Positions 41,906 to 52,480 of a stretch of 64,000 nucleotides of DNA are shown one piece after another. The notes under the pieces are model-generated. The model was not told where the DNA came from and made no database searches. It worked only from the letters and a program-made list of their open reading frames with translations. Both the position numbers and the translations under genes were made by a program. The first letter of the stretch is position 1; every line of letters starts with the position of its first letter. The DNA comes from Candidatus Velthaea sp. (lineage in GTDB: Bacteria > Vulcanimicrobiota > Vulcanimicrobiia > Vulcanimicrobiales > Vulcanimicrobiaceae). Where the stretch lies: the NCBI GenBank assembly GCA_050012475.1, contig JBEKHC010000003.1:32001-96000 (forward strand). The letters run 5' to 3'.

Positions 41906-42087
41906 TGAAGGCTCCTTCGCTAATGCGACCTCGCTCCGGCTAGATCGGTACGGCGCGGGCTTCCGTAAAACGGCGCTCGCGCAGACGGCGCCCGCGGTTT
42001 CTGGTCCGACGTCTCGGCGGCCCAAGACCGGAACAGCCGGCGAGCTGGTCATTGGGAGTCCAGGAAAAAGCGAGCGCGCGGCGGGAC

Positions 42088-43542
42088 CTACGGTGAGGCG
42101 GGCGCGGCGGTAAAGTAGAGCTGGAGCTTGACGCCGTTGCGGCCGCTTCCAGAAGTTGTGAACGGGCTCGACGACGACCAAGGGCCTCCCGAGACGTCTC
42201 CCGTGCAGGACGCGTTACTCGTCCTGCAGGTGAACCGCAAACCATTCTGGCTGCCTCTGATCGGAACCAGGTCGTTATTGGTGGTGATCCACTCGTCCCA
42301 CAGCTCATAGTCGAAATCGATGGAACCCTGGCTCGACGGCACGAAGATTAGCTGCAACCACGGCACCTTCGTCCGCGGCCGGTGATACTGCGAAGCGTCG
42401 CGGTAGTGATAGCCGCCATTCCCGGTGTTGCGTGCCGCCAGCTGGCCGTAGTATGAATCGGTTCCCGTGATTGCCGAGTTCGCATAGACGCTCAGCGTCC
42501 GCATCGCGAAGATCGTTCCGCTGGTCGGGTACGCTTTCAACAAGGGCGGCTGGCTGGCCGGCCCGGAATAGAGATTCTTACTCAAAGTTTCGTACGTCTT
42601 GAGGTTCTTGAACGCCTTAACAAAGACGGAGTCGTGCGAGCCCGTCCAGCTCGCTGTGAATTTAGCGAACGCAGCGGCGTAGCCGCTGCGTTCGCCGTTC
42701 CAATGGCCATCCAGATCGCTCTCATTCAGGGGATTCTGAATCCATTCCGATACATAGACGGACGCTTTTTGATCCTGCACCAGGTCGCTCGCATCCGAGG
42801 GCGTTGGGTTGTACGTCTTGACCCTCGTCGCGAAGCTGCTGCCGACCCAGTCGAGTACGTTATTCGTCCATTCATACGACGCTGCATAGGCATAAACGTA
42901 GGCCCGGTCGTAGTTGGGCCGCACGACGGAGTCATGGTTCAGCCCCCAGGTATAGCCGCCATGTGGGACATGGTTCGCCTGCGGAACGTTGAGGCAGTTG
43001 GCGTACCAACCCGTGTACAAACCCGAGGCCGGATTCGAGCTCTGAAACCACGTCGTGGTGTCGTACCGTCCACTCCTCTGCGCGTGTTGTTCCACCCAAT
43101 TAGAGTGGGCGTAAAAGTCTTGCACGACGTGTAACGACATGCCCAGGACGACGTAGAATTCCAACACGTCGTTGTCCGCTTCAGCTTTCTTCGCGGCCGC
43201 TTTGGTGTTTGCCGCCAAGGTCGCCCAGTAGTTCGCAACGTCGGCGCTCGAAAAGACGTCATCGAAGTGCAGCTTCTCGAGATCGCATTTCGCCGCGCCG
43301 CCGATCGTTGGCGACGACGTGTAATAGTCAGTGAGCCAATTCTCTACCTGGACGACGTCCGCCGCATTTCGGTTGAAGCCGGCCCGCGTCAGCGCGTCGA
43401 TCGTGATGCCGGCATGCGGGCCGGTGTCGAACGCGATGGCGGAACCAGCCGGCAAAACCAGCGCCGCCGCTGCACAAAGTGCCGCGAGTATGGCTCGCAG
43501 AAGAACGCGACCCGCTCGCGTAACCAATCGTTGATTTGGCAC
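42088..43542 (-). CDS. Secreted protein with Het-C/Zn-phospholipase C-like N-terminal domain and a beta-rich C-terminal domain
   Basis: AAGGAG RBS, signal peptide ending AIA-F, FDTGPH, LHFDD, LGMSLHVVQDFYAHSNWVE, LNHD. Confidence 0.72.
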   Translation of the reverse strand: MPNQRLVTRAGRVLLRAILAALCAAAALVLPAGSAIAFDTGPHAGITIDALTRAGFNRNAADVVQVENWLTDYYTSSPTIGGAAKCDLEKLHFDDVFSSADVANYWATLAANTKAAAKKAEADNDVLEFYVVLGMSLHVVQDFYAHSNWVEQHAQRSGRYDTTTWFQSSNPASGLYTGWYANCLNVPQANHVPHGGYTWGLNHDSVVRPNYDRAYVYAYAASYEWTNNVLDWVGSSFATRVKTYNPTPSDASDLVQDQKASVYVSEWIQNPLNESDLDGHWNGERSGYAAAFAKFTASWTGSHDSVFVKAFKNLKTYETLSKNLYSGPASQPPLLKAYPTSGTIFAMRTLSVYANSAITGTDSYYGQLAARNTGNGGYHYRDASQYHRPRTKVPWLQLIFVPSSQGSIDFDYELWDEWITTNNDLVPIRGSQNGLRFTCRTSNASCTGDVSGGPWSSSSPFTTSGSGRNGVKLQLYFTAAPASP

Positions 43543-43990
43543 GTCAGCTCCTTTGTGATTCGTAGCTTTTTGGGCAGCAGCCCGCCGAGATTGCAAGAAG
43601 CTCCCCGACGGGTAGGCGTCATTGGAAACCAAATGCCGCGACTTCCAAGGTCACCTCGAAGCTCCGTCGGCGACTGCTCCTTTGCCACTCCCGGCAATCT
43701 CCAGCAGATCGCTTCGCGCGTCATATCCGCGCCTCCGTCATGACAGCCAGCTGAGTCGGCGTTGCGGCCTCCGCTAGTCCAGCTTGCACGGCTTCATCGC
43801 AACAGGCTACATTTCACGCCAAGAACCAGAAGATGGCGGCCCATACGGCATCGTCACAGAGCGCAATGAATAGAAAAGCTAAGACGTATTGCGCAGAAGA
43901 GAGTCCGAGACGCGCATGAACCTTCATCGAGCGCACCATCGGGCGGCGCCAGATTCTCAAACAATTGCATAGCTACGAAGGAGATCCCTC

Positions 43991-44331
43991 ATGGCGCTTC
44001 ACCAGATTGGCAAGATGAGCCTGAAGTGTTCGATGTTCTATGTGACTGCGCGCGTCCAGTTCGCCTACCTCGACGCCAAAGGCGACAAGCAGGTCTCCGC
44101 GCAGTCCGATGAGGTACGGTTGGGAGAGGTGAAGGCGGTCGATCCTGGTGATCTGAACGTCCCGATGGCTCGACGGTGTTCATGCATGTGTTTGTGCTGC
44201 CGGGCACCGACAACGAGGCGAGTCGTGGGTTCATCTACCAGAAGGGTAGCCCGCAGGTCGCGAACTACGAAATCAAAGGCGAGACCATCGAAAACGATCT
44301 CGTTCTCATCGGCATCTCCATCGAAAAATGA
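43991..44331 (+). pseudogene. About 113-aa hypothetical beta-rich protein with a -1 frameshift at about 44161-44163
   Basis: AAGGAG RBS; adding one C to the CCC run gives a continuous VDPGDLNVPDGSTVFMHVFV...NDLVLIGISIEK*. Confidence 0.65.
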
Positions 44332-44471
44332 GTACTGGAACGTGGCAGGGATGCGGCAGCCAGTTCTTGTTCCGGCCTCGCAAAATCAGTCCATAGCTGC
44401 ACGAGAAATCGCGAAAATAGGCTACAGATAGGCGACAACGGGCCTGCCGAGGCCTGCCTATCTGAGACAGT

Positions 44472-44500
44472 AAAAAGAAAAAGCCCGTAAATACGGGCTT
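44472..44500 (-). terminator. Intrinsic terminator after tRNA-Gly
   Basis: AAGCCCGTA-TT-TACGGGCTT followed by a T-rich tract on the minus strand. Confidence 0.8.
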
Positions 44501-44506
44501 CTTTGA

Positions 44507-44580
44507 TGGAGCGGGCGGCGGGAATCGAACCCGCAACTCTTGCTTGGAAGGCAAGGGCATTACCATTATGCAACGCCCGC
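44507..44580 (-). tRNA. tRNA-Gly(TCC)
   Basis: GCGGGCG acceptor stem, anticodon loop CTTCCAA, GGTTCGATTCC T-arm, encoded CCA. Confidence 0.96.
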
Positions 44581-44738
44581 GCTCGATCGACCCACGGCTG
44601 ACGACCTCGGTTTGCTTCGTAGCCGCACCGTCACCTCCCGCCCGGACGTCAAGCCCGCCAGGGACGGGCCGCGCCACCTCCCGATAGGAGCGCGGCCCCG
44701 GGAGGCGCACCCGGGAAACCCTGCGGCGCCGCCCACGC

Positions 44739-44772
44739 AAAAACCGCCCATTCCGAAAAGAGGAAGGACGGC
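44739..44772 (-). terminator. Terminator-like hairpin between tRNA-Tyr and tRNA-Gly
   Basis: GCCGTCCTTCC-loop-GGAATGGGCGG followed by TTTTT. Confidence 0.6.
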
Positions 44773-44780
44773 TGCGCATT

Positions 44781-44868
44781 TGGTGGGCAGGGATGGATTC
44801 GAACCATCGTACCGCTCTCGCGGGCCAGGTTTACAGCCTGGTGCCTTTAACCACTCGACCACCTACCC
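44781..44868 (-). tRNA. tRNA-Tyr(GTA)
   Basis: GGGTAGG acceptor stem, anticodon loop CTGTAAA, long variable arm, GGTTCGAATCC, CCA. Confidence 0.96.
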
Positions 44869-44962
44869 AAGATGTCGACTCGCGTAGATACGTTGGCAAT
44901 CAAAGCCGCTCCTCGTTCAGCCGCGAACCCCACGCGACGCCGCGCACGTTCGGCCGGTGCGA

Positions 44963-46273
44963 TCAGAACAGCTCGATGAGCGGCGCGCCGTCGGCGCTCG
45001 ATGCCGCGACGCCGACCGTGAGCGCGGTATGATTGGAGCGCTGTTGCTCCATCACGTACCGGCCGTACATCTTGTCGAGCACGGGTTGAATCTGCGGAAT
45101 GGGCAGGGCGCCGTCGGGTTCGAGCAGATAGCGCTGCAAGGCCTCATTGTGCGCGTCCAGCGCGCGCAGGGTCTCGACCACGTGATCGATGTGCTGGCGC
45201 GTGACATCCTGAAACTGCAGGTTCGCTAACAGACCGATGACCAGTGTCTCAACGTCCTCGCCGCGCTGCTGCACGTCTTTGATCGCTTCGTCCTGCGTTT
45301 CCATCAACCGGCTGAGCTGATCGGTCAGGTGGTTGAGTTCTTCCGACAGCGCGGCTTCTAACTGGCGCTGGTTCTCGCGCGAACGCTCGAGCAGCCCGTT
45401 GAACCGGTGTTGGATGGCCACCAGCGTGGCCTTTGTGCCGGCCGCGATTCGTTTCGCGAGTTCTGACGAGCGATTGGAAAGATTGCGCACCTCGCGCGCT
45501 ACCACGCCGAACGCGCGGCCGGCCTCGCCTGCGCGCGCAGCTTCGATCGAGGCGTTGAGCGCCAAGATGTTCGTCTGCTCGGCGACATCCTTGATCTCGT
45601 CGATGAACCGGAAGAGCTGCTCGCTCTCCGCGAGCCCGCTCTGTACGTCTTCGGCCTGATGCGCGAAGTCGCGCGCAGCTTCGCTGCCGATCTGTAAAAG
45701 CTTGGAGAACGCTTCGTCTTTCGACAGCGAAACCAGCGTTCCGGAAACCGTCACCGACGTGCGGATCGCCTCGAGAATCGCTTCGACCCCGCCGTCAATG
45801 CTCTTGAGCCGTTCGACCAGCGTAAAGGCAGCGTTGCTGGTCTCCTGGTTCACGCCCAGCAGCTGCGCGCGCACGATTTCCGTGAGCGTCGCGGAAGCGC
45901 CCAACTCCGTGGCGACGGCGACGATGCGGCCGTCAGGAGCCGGCACGGGCTCGCAGAGTGCCGGCACGACCGGTTCCGCAAACACGAACGGCGCGGCCAC
46001 CGCCTCCACCGGCGGCGGCTCGATGTTCGCTTCGGCGATCGCTACCGGAGCCGCAAGCTCTTTAGGCGGCGCTTGCACCGCGTCCGCGACGTGGGACTGG
46101 CTGCCCGAGGGCGACGGCGTGCGGTGGTACACGATCGCCGCCGCAACGGTGATGGCCGCACCGAAGAACAGACTCAGCCATTGCCCGCCGAGCGTCGCCG
46201 CGGCCGTCATGATCAGGGCGACACCCCCGATGAGGATGCCGCTGCACTCCGGATCGTGGAAAAACCGCTTCAC
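44963..46273 (-). CDS. Methyl-accepting chemotaxis-like protein with two N-terminal TMs and a C-terminal ..IELF tail
   Basis: [40 protein letters not shown]. Confidence 0.88.
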   Translation of the reverse strand: MKRFFHDPECSGILIGGVALIMTAAATLGGQWLSLFFGAAITVAAAIVYHRTPSPSGSQSHVADAVQAPPKELAAPVAIAEANIEPPPVEAVAAPFVFAEPVVPALCEPVPAPDGRIVAVATELGASATLTEIVRAQLLGVNQETSNAAFTLVERLKSIDGGVEAILEAIRTSVTVSGTLVSLSKDEAFSKLLQIGSEAARDFAHQAEDVQSGLAESEQLFRFIDEIKDVAEQTNILALNASIEAARAGEAGRAFGVVAREVRNLSNRSSELAKRIAAGTKATLVAIQHRFNGLLERSRENQRQLEAALSEELNHLTDQLSRLMETQDEAIKDVQQRGEDVETLVIGLLANLQFQDVTRQHIDHVVETLRALDAHNEALQRYLLEPDGALPIPQIQPVLDKMYGRYVMEQQRSNHTALTVGVAASSADGAPLIELF

Positions 46274-46647
46274 CCCGCACCGCCGGGCAACAGCTGGCCC
46301 AGCACCGAGAGCAGTGCCGCGCCGTCAACGGGTTTGACCAGCCAGCCGCTGGCCCCGGCAGCTTTGGCTTCGGCTCGTCGTGCAGCTTGCGATTCGGTCG
46401 TGAGCATGAGCATCGGGACGAAGCGCAGCGCGGGGATCTTGCGCGCTTCGCGGATCAGGTCGATGCCGTTCATGGCGCCCATGTTCAGGTCGGTGATGAT
46501 CAGGCTCGGCTTCGCGCCCGCTTTGAGCAGATCCAATGCGCTCTCGGCGCTCTTGGCGGTCTGCGTGCCGAATTGGGCTTTTTTCAGCAGCGCTTCCATG
46601 CTCATGAGCATGGTGGCCGAGTCGTCGACGAGCATGATCGTTTTCAT
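46270..46647 (-). CDS. cheY: CheY-like response regulator
   Basis: [24 protein letters not shown]. Confidence 0.88.
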   Translation of the reverse strand: MKTIMLVDDSATMLMSMEALLKKAQFGTQTAKSAESALDLLKAGAKPSLIITDLNMGAMNGIDLIREARKIPALRFVPMLMLTTESQAARRAEAKAAGASGWLVKPVDGAALLSVLGQLLPGGAG

Positions 46648-46660
46648 TACCGAGTTGTCC

Positions 46661-46912
46661 TCACGCCGAGCCGGTCTCCGCTGCGAGCATGGGCACGATC
46701 CAGCGCTCGAGGAACGGTTCGGTCGGACCTTGCGAAATGGCGGGTTTATAGGCCAGTACCGTCTGCAGCAACGCTGCATGGAGGTACGAACACCTACTCA
46801 GATTTATTTTCGGCCGTTGTGGGCGCGAGAGTAAGTCGACCAGCTCCAAAGCTTCCTCGGCGCCGCAGGCGTCGATCAACCAAATCTCGTCCTGCTCGAA
46901 CTGTAAAGGCAT
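46661..46912 (-). CDS. Small STAS-like protein of the chemosensory cluster
   Basis: INLSRCSYLHAALLQTVLA resembles the STAS-2 core; in operon position. Confidence 0.65.
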   Translation of the reverse strand: MPLQFEQDEIWLIDACGAEEALELVDLLSRPQRPKINLSRCSYLHAALLQTVLAYKPAISQGPTEPFLERWIVPMLAAETGSA

Positions 46913-46914
46913 GC

Positions 46915-49425
46915 TTACACCAGGTCCTTGACGTCGAGAATCATCAGCACGCGGCCGTCGCCGAGCAACGCCGTTCCGGCGAACCCCTTGAGCCCGGCCA
47001 GAATGCCTTCGAGCGGCTTGAGAATGATGTCCATGTGCTCGTCGAAGCGGTCCACGACCATCCCGACGAGTCCGCCGCGCATGCGCAGCACCAGCACGGC
47101 TTCGCGTTCTTGCGGCACCGTCGGTAAGCGCAGCAGCCGCCGCAAGCGCACCAGCGGAACGATGGTGTCGCGCAGCATGAACGCCTCCGCTTGCTTGACG
47201 CAGTGAATGTCCGCAGCGTCGACGCGAACGGTCTCGGCGATCAGATCGATGGGAACGCCGTAGAGCGTCCCCGCGGTTTCGATCGTCATCACGCGCATCA
47301 CGGCCATGCTCAGCGGCAGCGCCAGCCGCACCGTGGTTCCGGCATCGACTTGGGACGTCACCGCGACCGTTCCGCCGGCGTCGCGAATCGAGGTCTGCAC
47401 CACGTCCATTCCGACCCCGCGGCCGGACAAATCCGAAACGGCGTCGGTCGTCGACAGGCCGGGATGAAAGATCAAGTTTGCGGCTTCCGCAGCCGACATG
47501 CGCTCAGCGGTGTCGGCATCGATGAGCCCGCGTTCGAGCGCCTTCGCGACGACGCGCTTGGTGTCGACGCCGCGTCCGTCGTCCGAAACCTCGATGACGA
47601 CCAGATCACCTTCCTGCATTGCTTTGAGCCGGATGGTGCCGTGGGCGGACTTGCCTTTAGCGATCCGCGCGTCGGGCGGCTCGATGCCGTGGTCGGCGGC
47701 ATTGCGGATGACATGGATGAGCGGATCGCCGAGCAGTTCGATGATGTTCTTGTCGGCTTGCGTGTCCTCGCCCTCGAGCACCAGTTCGATCTGCTTGTCC
47801 AGCTTGCGCGACAGATCGCGGATGAGCCGCGGGAAACGCGCGAACACTTCGGACACGGGCAGCAGGCGCACTTCCATGATCGCTTCCTGCATCTCGTTGG
47901 CCAGCCGATCGATCACGCTGTAACGCTGGCCGATCTCGCGGCTCATCTCGCGCGAGCCGTGCACGTGTTCGGCGCGCCGGGCCAAAAAGGGGAGTGCGTT
48001 CTTCGCCACCACCAGCTCGCCGATGAGCGCCATGAGCCGGTCAACCTTGGCCTGATCGACTTTGAGCACGCGCCGGCCGTCGCGCCCATCGGGTTCACCT
48101 TTGCCGGAGGCCGGGGCGGTTGCGCCCGGTTCGGGCGGCGGGTCCTTGCGGCCGCCCGGGAAGTGCACGTCCGCGGCGTTGAAGAGCGCCCGCGCATCGC
48201 CCGCCTGCAGCGCGTCGGCGGTGGCCACGGCGAGCCGCTCCGCGGCGTCCGCGCGACCCTGCGCGGCGGCGACGTTCGCGAACGTGCGGCCGACCGAAGC
48301 GATCCGCCCCGCCAACGTCACCGCGTCGGACGCAGGCAAGGCGAGGATGCGGCGCTGTTCTTGAACCACCCGCGCCACCAAATCAGCGAGTGCGCGCCGG
48401 TCCCGATCCGTGCCGCCGACGGCCCGTCCCAAGCGGGCCAGCCAATCCGCGCGTTCCGCGGCGACGTCGATGACGGCGACGAGCCAGCGCAGCGCAGACG
48501 CCGCGCGCCGGCCCGCGTCCAGCGAATCCAGCAGCGTCAGGGCCTGCGCGCGCAGTTCGGCCAACCGGCCGTCAGCGATCAAGCCCGCGCAGCGTTCGGA
48601 AAACTGGAGCGCGGCGGGATCCTCGACCTCGAGGCCCGCGGGGACGACGAGCACCTCCGGGTCGAGCTCCGTAAACCGAACTTGATCCATCACGTAGCGA
48701 AACAGGTGCTCGAGTTCGGCTCGCGGCGCCGTGCTCAACATGCCGAAGCGCAGCCGGCACTGGTAGGGATCGAAATCGTCGAGCGCGGGTTCGGGCCCGC
48801 ACGCGCGAATCTGCAGCGCGAGCAACTCGGGAACGCCGCGGCAGGTGAGCAGCGGATCTTCACCGCGGAAATAGCATTCCGTATCCGGTTGGAAATCGAT
48901 GGCGATCACGCCGACGCGGTCCTTCAGCGCGGCGCGAAACGCCGTCATGCGGTCGGCTTCGGCTACGTTCGCGAGCCAATCGGCCGTGCCGGTCGCGACC
49001 GTGGCAGCCGGAAAGGCGGCCGGCTCAACCACGGCTCCGGCGCCGGCCTTGGCATCTTCCAACCGTGCGACCAGACCGCGGGCGCGCGTCGTCGCGTCGT
49101 CGGGCAGCCGGCCGGTTTCGCGAACCGCATCGATCCAGCTGCGCAGCAGGTCGAGCACCTCGAGCTGCAAATCGACCAGCTCGCCGCTCACGGCGACCGT
49201 GCCCTCGCGAACGGCGTCGAGCACGTCCTCGCCGGCGTGAACGAGCTTGGTCAGCGCGGGGAAGTCGAAGAGTGCGGAGGTTCCTTTCAAGGTGTGGACC
49301 GAGCGAAATAAGTCGTTGACGGCGCGTTGATCCGCCGGATTGCGCTCGAGCGCCAAGAGCGCGATTCCGGCGGCTTCGAGCAGATCGCCGGCTTCTTCCA
49401 CGAATTGATCGAGCAGCGCACTCAT
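46915..49425 (-). CDS. cheA: Chemotaxis histidine kinase
   Basis: Hpt LFRSVHTLKG, HVIRNAADHGIE, DDGRG, SGRGVGMDVV, C-terminal CheW domain. Confidence 0.95.
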   Translation of the reverse strand: MSALLDQFVEEAGDLLEAAGIALLALERNPADQRAVNDLFRSVHTLKGTSALFDFPALTKLVHAGEDVLDAVREGTVAVSGELVDLQLEVLDLLRSWIDAVRETGRLPDDATTRARGLVARLEDAKAGAGAVVEPAAFPAATVATGTADWLANVAEADRMTAFRAALKDRVGVIAIDFQPDTECYFRGEDPLLTCRGVPELLALQIRACGPEPALDDFDPYQCRLRFGMLSTAPRAELEHLFRYVMDQVRFTELDPEVLVVPAGLEVEDPAALQFSERCAGLIADGRLAELRAQALTLLDSLDAGRRAASALRWLVAVIDVAAERADWLARLGRAVGGTDRDRRALADLVARVVQEQRRILALPASDAVTLAGRIASVGRTFANVAAAQGRADAAERLAVATADALQAGDARALFNAADVHFPGGRKDPPPEPGATAPASGKGEPDGRDGRRVLKVDQAKVDRLMALIGELVVAKNALPFLARRAEHVHGSREMSREIGQRYSVIDRLANEMQEAIMEVRLLPVSEVFARFPRLIRDLSRKLDKQIELVLEGEDTQADKNIIELLGDPLIHVIRNAADHGIEPPDARIAKGKSAHGTIRLKAMQEGDLVVIEVSDDGRGVDTKRVVAKALERGLIDADTAERMSAAEAANLIFHPGLSTTDAVSDLSGRGVGMDVVQTSIRDAGGTVAVTSQVDAGTTVRLALPLSMAVMRVMTIETAGTLYGVPIDLIAETVRVDAADIHCVKQAEAFMLRDTIVPLVRLRRLLRLPTVPQEREAVLVLRMRGGLVGMVVDRFDEHMDIILKPLEGILAGLKGFAGTALLGDGRVLMILDVKDLV

Positions 49426-49829
49426 GCGGGGGCCACTCCCATCAGCAGCTGCGCCAGGGAGCGCAGCTGATCCGGGCGCACGGGCTTGACCAGATAGACG
49501 TTCGCGCCCGCTTCATAGCCGCGCTGCGCGTCACGCTCTTCGGCCTCAGTGCTGATCATGATCGCGGGGATGCTGCGCGTGCTCTCCGCGGCGCGCATCG
49601 CCCGGAGCATCGAGTAGCCGTCCATCTTGGGCATATTGATGTCGACGACGAGCAGATCGGGAAGTGCTTCCGCGGCACGCTCCAGGCCTTCCAAGCCGTT
49701 CGCCGCCTCGGTAACGTCGATGTTGGCGCTTTCGAGAATGCCGCGATAGTACAGACGCACGGTGCGCGCATCGTCGACGACGAGCACGCGGCGCTGCGCG
49801 CGATCGAGGTTGGGTGTTGATGACATCAT
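49422..49829 (-). CDS. Second CheY-like response regulator
   Basis: LVVDDA, VVDINMP, ISTE, YLVKP. Confidence 0.88.
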   Translation of the reverse strand: MMSSTPNLDRAQRRVLVVDDARTVRLYYRGILESANIDVTEAANGLEGLERAAEALPDLLVVDINMPKMDGYSMLRAMRAAESTRSIPAIMISTEAEERDAQRGYEAGANVYLVKPVRPDQLRSLAQLLMGVAPA

Positions 49830-49835
49830 TTCCGT

Positions 49836-50717
49836 TTAGTTGGCCTCTGGCGGTCGTTGGTACACGATGCAATCCCCTAAACGCCGGGGGGTGAACAGTG
49901 AAGACATGCGGCTCATGCTCTCCGAATGGCCGAGGTAGACGAATCCGCCGGGCGCCAAGCTCTCGTAGATCGATTCGACGGCTTCGCGGCGCGACAGATC
50001 GTCGAAATAGATGAGCAGGTTGCGGCAAAAGATGACATCGAGGTTGCGAAAGCGGGACATCTCGGCTTTGTTGCTGATGTTGAGTTGGAAAAGCTCGATC
50101 GATTCGCGCAATTCGGGGATGATCTGATAGAGATTGCCCGGCAGGCGCGTGAAATAGCGTGCGCGGATATCGGCGGACGCATGCTGCAGCGAGCGTTCGC
50201 CGTAGATACCGGCTCGCGCGTCGGCGAGCACGCGCGTGTCGACGTCCGATCCCGAGATCTCGATCTCGAACTCGTCCGAACGCGGCCACGCATCCAGCAT
50301 CGACATCGCGATGGAGTACGGTTCTTCACCCGTCGAACACGGCAGCGACCAGATGCGAATCGCGTTGCCTGGCCGCTTGCGCGCCGCGATCTGCGGCAGG
50401 ACGAATCGCACCAGCGAATCGAGCTGATAACTTTCGCGGAAGAAAGAGGTTTCGTTGACGGTGAGCAGATTGATGAGCTGCTGCAGCTCGGTGCCGGTTT
50501 TCTCCAAGCGCAGGAGCATGAAATATTGACGGAACGTTTCGCTGTCATTCGCTCGCGCGCGTTCGGCGATGCGCTTGTCGACAAAATAGCGCTTGGCCTC
50601 GCTAAACTGCACGCCGGTCTTCTGATAGAAGAAATCCCGGAAGCGCAGAAACTCCTCGGTCGTGATGACGAAGTCGAGCGCCGGCTCGGAAAAGTCGGTC
50701 ACGTTTCCACTGACCAT
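49836..50717 (-). CDS. cheR: Chemotaxis methyltransferase
   Basis: TVNETSFFRE, WSLPCSTGEEPYS, IFCRNLLIYF, LGHSES. Confidence 0.94.
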   Translation of the reverse strand: MVSGNVTDFSEPALDFVITTEEFLRFRDFFYQKTGVQFSEAKRYFVDKRIAERARANDSETFRQYFMLLRLEKTGTELQQLINLLTVNETSFFRESYQLDSLVRFVLPQIAARKRPGNAIRIWSLPCSTGEEPYSIAMSMLDAWPRSDEFEIEISGSDVDTRVLADARAGIYGERSLQHASADIRARYFTRLPGNLYQIIPELRESIELFQLNISNKAEMSRFRNLDVIFCRNLLIYFDDLSRREAVESIYESLAPGGFVYLGHSESMSRMSSLFTPRRLGDCIVYQRPPEAN

Positions 50718-50731
50718 GCCGGGCGCACCTT

Positions 50732-51346
50732 TCAGCCGTTCATGATTCGCGCGATTGCGTCGTTCACGGAGAATTCGAGAAACGGTTCGTTGGGAAAACG
50801 TTCGAGCAGCCGGCGCAGCGGCGCCACGGCGCTCGCATCGCCGCACTCGGCGAGGGCGTCCACGGCGCCGGCGCAGACATTGAGTTCGCGATCCTCGGCG
50901 ATGATACGCAGCAGCCACTGCGCGCTTTGCGGATGCGCGAGCGCAGCGAGAATCTCGACGCCGAAGATCCGCACGTCAACCGGACCCGAGAAGATCTCGT
51001 CAATGTGTTTGGCGACCGCATCGGGCATCGTTTTGAGGGCCTCGATCGCGCCGTTGCGCAGTCCGGGGTCCTCGCTCTCGAGCAACGGCAGGAGGCCAGC
51101 CGCCGCGTCGTTCGTTCCGATCCGGATGAGCGCGGTGAAGATCGCTTCCCGCACGCTTTCCTGCGCTTCGGCCGCCACGGCGTTTCCCAGCGCGTTCGCC
51201 GCTTGTGGATGTTGGGCCAAACCGCGCGCCGCGCTGCGGCGACGGCCGGCGTCCGGATTCGTTAGGCCGGCGAGAAGTTCTGCGACGTCCGGCTCCGCAG
51301 ACGCGGGCGCGGACGCTGCCGGGCTTTGCGGTTTTTTGAGCGGCAT
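50732..51346 (-). CDS. HEAT-repeat protein
   Basis: RRRSAARGL, VREAIFTAL, LRNGAIEAL, VRIFGVEIL helical repeats. Confidence 0.85.
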   Translation of the reverse strand: MPLKKPQSPAASAPASAEPDVAELLAGLTNPDAGRRRSAARGLAQHPQAANALGNAVAAEAQESVREAIFTALIRIGTNDAAAGLLPLLESEDPGLRNGAIEALKTMPDAVAKHIDEIFSGPVDVRIFGVEILAALAHPQSAQWLLRIIAEDRELNVCAGAVDALAECGDASAVAPLRRLLERFPNEPFLEFSVNDAIARIMNG

Positions 51347-52470
51347 CAGCTGCCGGACCGGCTGACGGAACGACGATCGGTCTCGGCGGGCAGCCAGCGG
51401 TTGAGCTTCTGGGCGATCTGATACCCGGGCAGTACTTCGTCGGCGCCGCCGCGCGCAACGAGTTCGCCCGGCATGCCGAACACCACGGCCGTGGACTCGG
51501 CCTCGGCGATCGTGCGTCCGCCGTTGCGGTGCAGTTCGGCCATCTGCTCGGCGCCGTCGTCGCCCATACCGGTAAGCATTACCCCGACCAGACTTTCGGG
51601 AGCGACGCAGGCGAACGCCGATTCCAGCAAACGTGCGACACTGGGATGCCAGAGACGAGACGCGTCGCTGGGAACCGTCGCGGCGATGAGTTCGCCGCCC
51701 CGCTTGAGCACGACGAGGTCCGCATCGCCGCGTCCGATGTAGCAACGCCCGGCGCGCAACGGGCAGCGGTCGACCACTTCGTCGACCGCGAGCCGGCACA
51801 GCGCGTCCAGCCGGCGCGCGAACGTTCCGGTGAACGTGCGCGGCATGTGCTGCGCGACCAAGACCGGCCATGGAAAGTCCTCGGCTAAATCGGGCAGGAT
51901 CTGTTCGAGAACGCGCGGTCCGCCGGTCGAGACGCCGACGAGCACGAGTCCAGCGACGTCGCTCGATACCCGCGGCGTCCGGCGCGCCGGCTTGGCAGCC
52001 GTCGCGACGCCCAAGCGCGCGTTTTCCGCGCGCAGCCGGTCGCCCAAGCCGCGGATACGCGTGACGCGCGCTCCCGCGGCTGCTCGCACCTTAGCAATGA
52101 TCTGCGCCGAGGAATTCCGCAGCGTCAGCGACACGGTGCCGTCGGGTTTGGGGATGTAGTCGATCGCACCCAGCGCGAGCGCTTCGTACGTGATCTCGGC
52201 GCCGCGTTCGGTGAGCGACGAGACCATCACTACCGGTTTGGGCCGCTCCGTCATAATGCGGGCAAGACACGTCAAGCCGTCCATTTCGGGCATATTGACG
52301 TCGAGGGTAATAACGTCGGGATCGACCTTGTGCAACAGGTCGATGGCGTCGCACCCGTCGCGCGCCACGGTTACCTCGAACTCTCCCGTTTCCGTCAAGA
52401 GCTCGCGCAGATGTTTGCGCATCAATGCGGAATCATCGACGACGAGCACCCGGATCTTCGTACGCGCCAT
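51346..52470 (-). CDS. cheB: Chemotaxis response regulator/methylesterase
   Basis: REC domain plus catalytic GVSTGGP, QHMP and GMGDDGA motifs. Confidence 0.95.
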   Translation of the reverse strand: MARTKIRVLVVDDSALMRKHLRELLTETGEFEVTVARDGCDAIDLLHKVDPDVITLDVNMPEMDGLTCLARIMTERPKPVVMVSSLTERGAEITYEALALGAIDYIPKPDGTVSLTLRNSSAQIIAKVRAAAGARVTRIRGLGDRLRAENARLGVATAAKPARRTPRVSSDVAGLVLVGVSTGGPRVLEQILPDLAEDFPWPVLVAQHMPRTFTGTFARRLDALCRLAVDEVVDRCPLRAGRCYIGRGDADLVVLKRGGELIAATVPSDASRLWHPSVARLLESAFACVAPESLVGVMLTGMGDDGAEQMAELHRNGGRTIAEAESTAVVFGMPGELVARGGADEVLPGYQIAQKLNRWLPAETDRRSVSRSGS

Positions 52471-52480
52471 GGTGTGCTGC

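Noticed and set aside
43750..44500. Integrase or att direct repeat at the tRNA-Gly island edge
   Set aside because: No recombinase or transposase motifs and no second copy of the tRNA-Gly 3' end seen in the window, so no mobile element is called
47191..49311. Long opposite-strand ORFs (e.g. 706 aa here, 605 aa at 12374-14191, 512 aa at 57542-59080)
   Set aside because: Shadow ORFs antisense to well-supported genes, expected at high GC; no recognisable motifs
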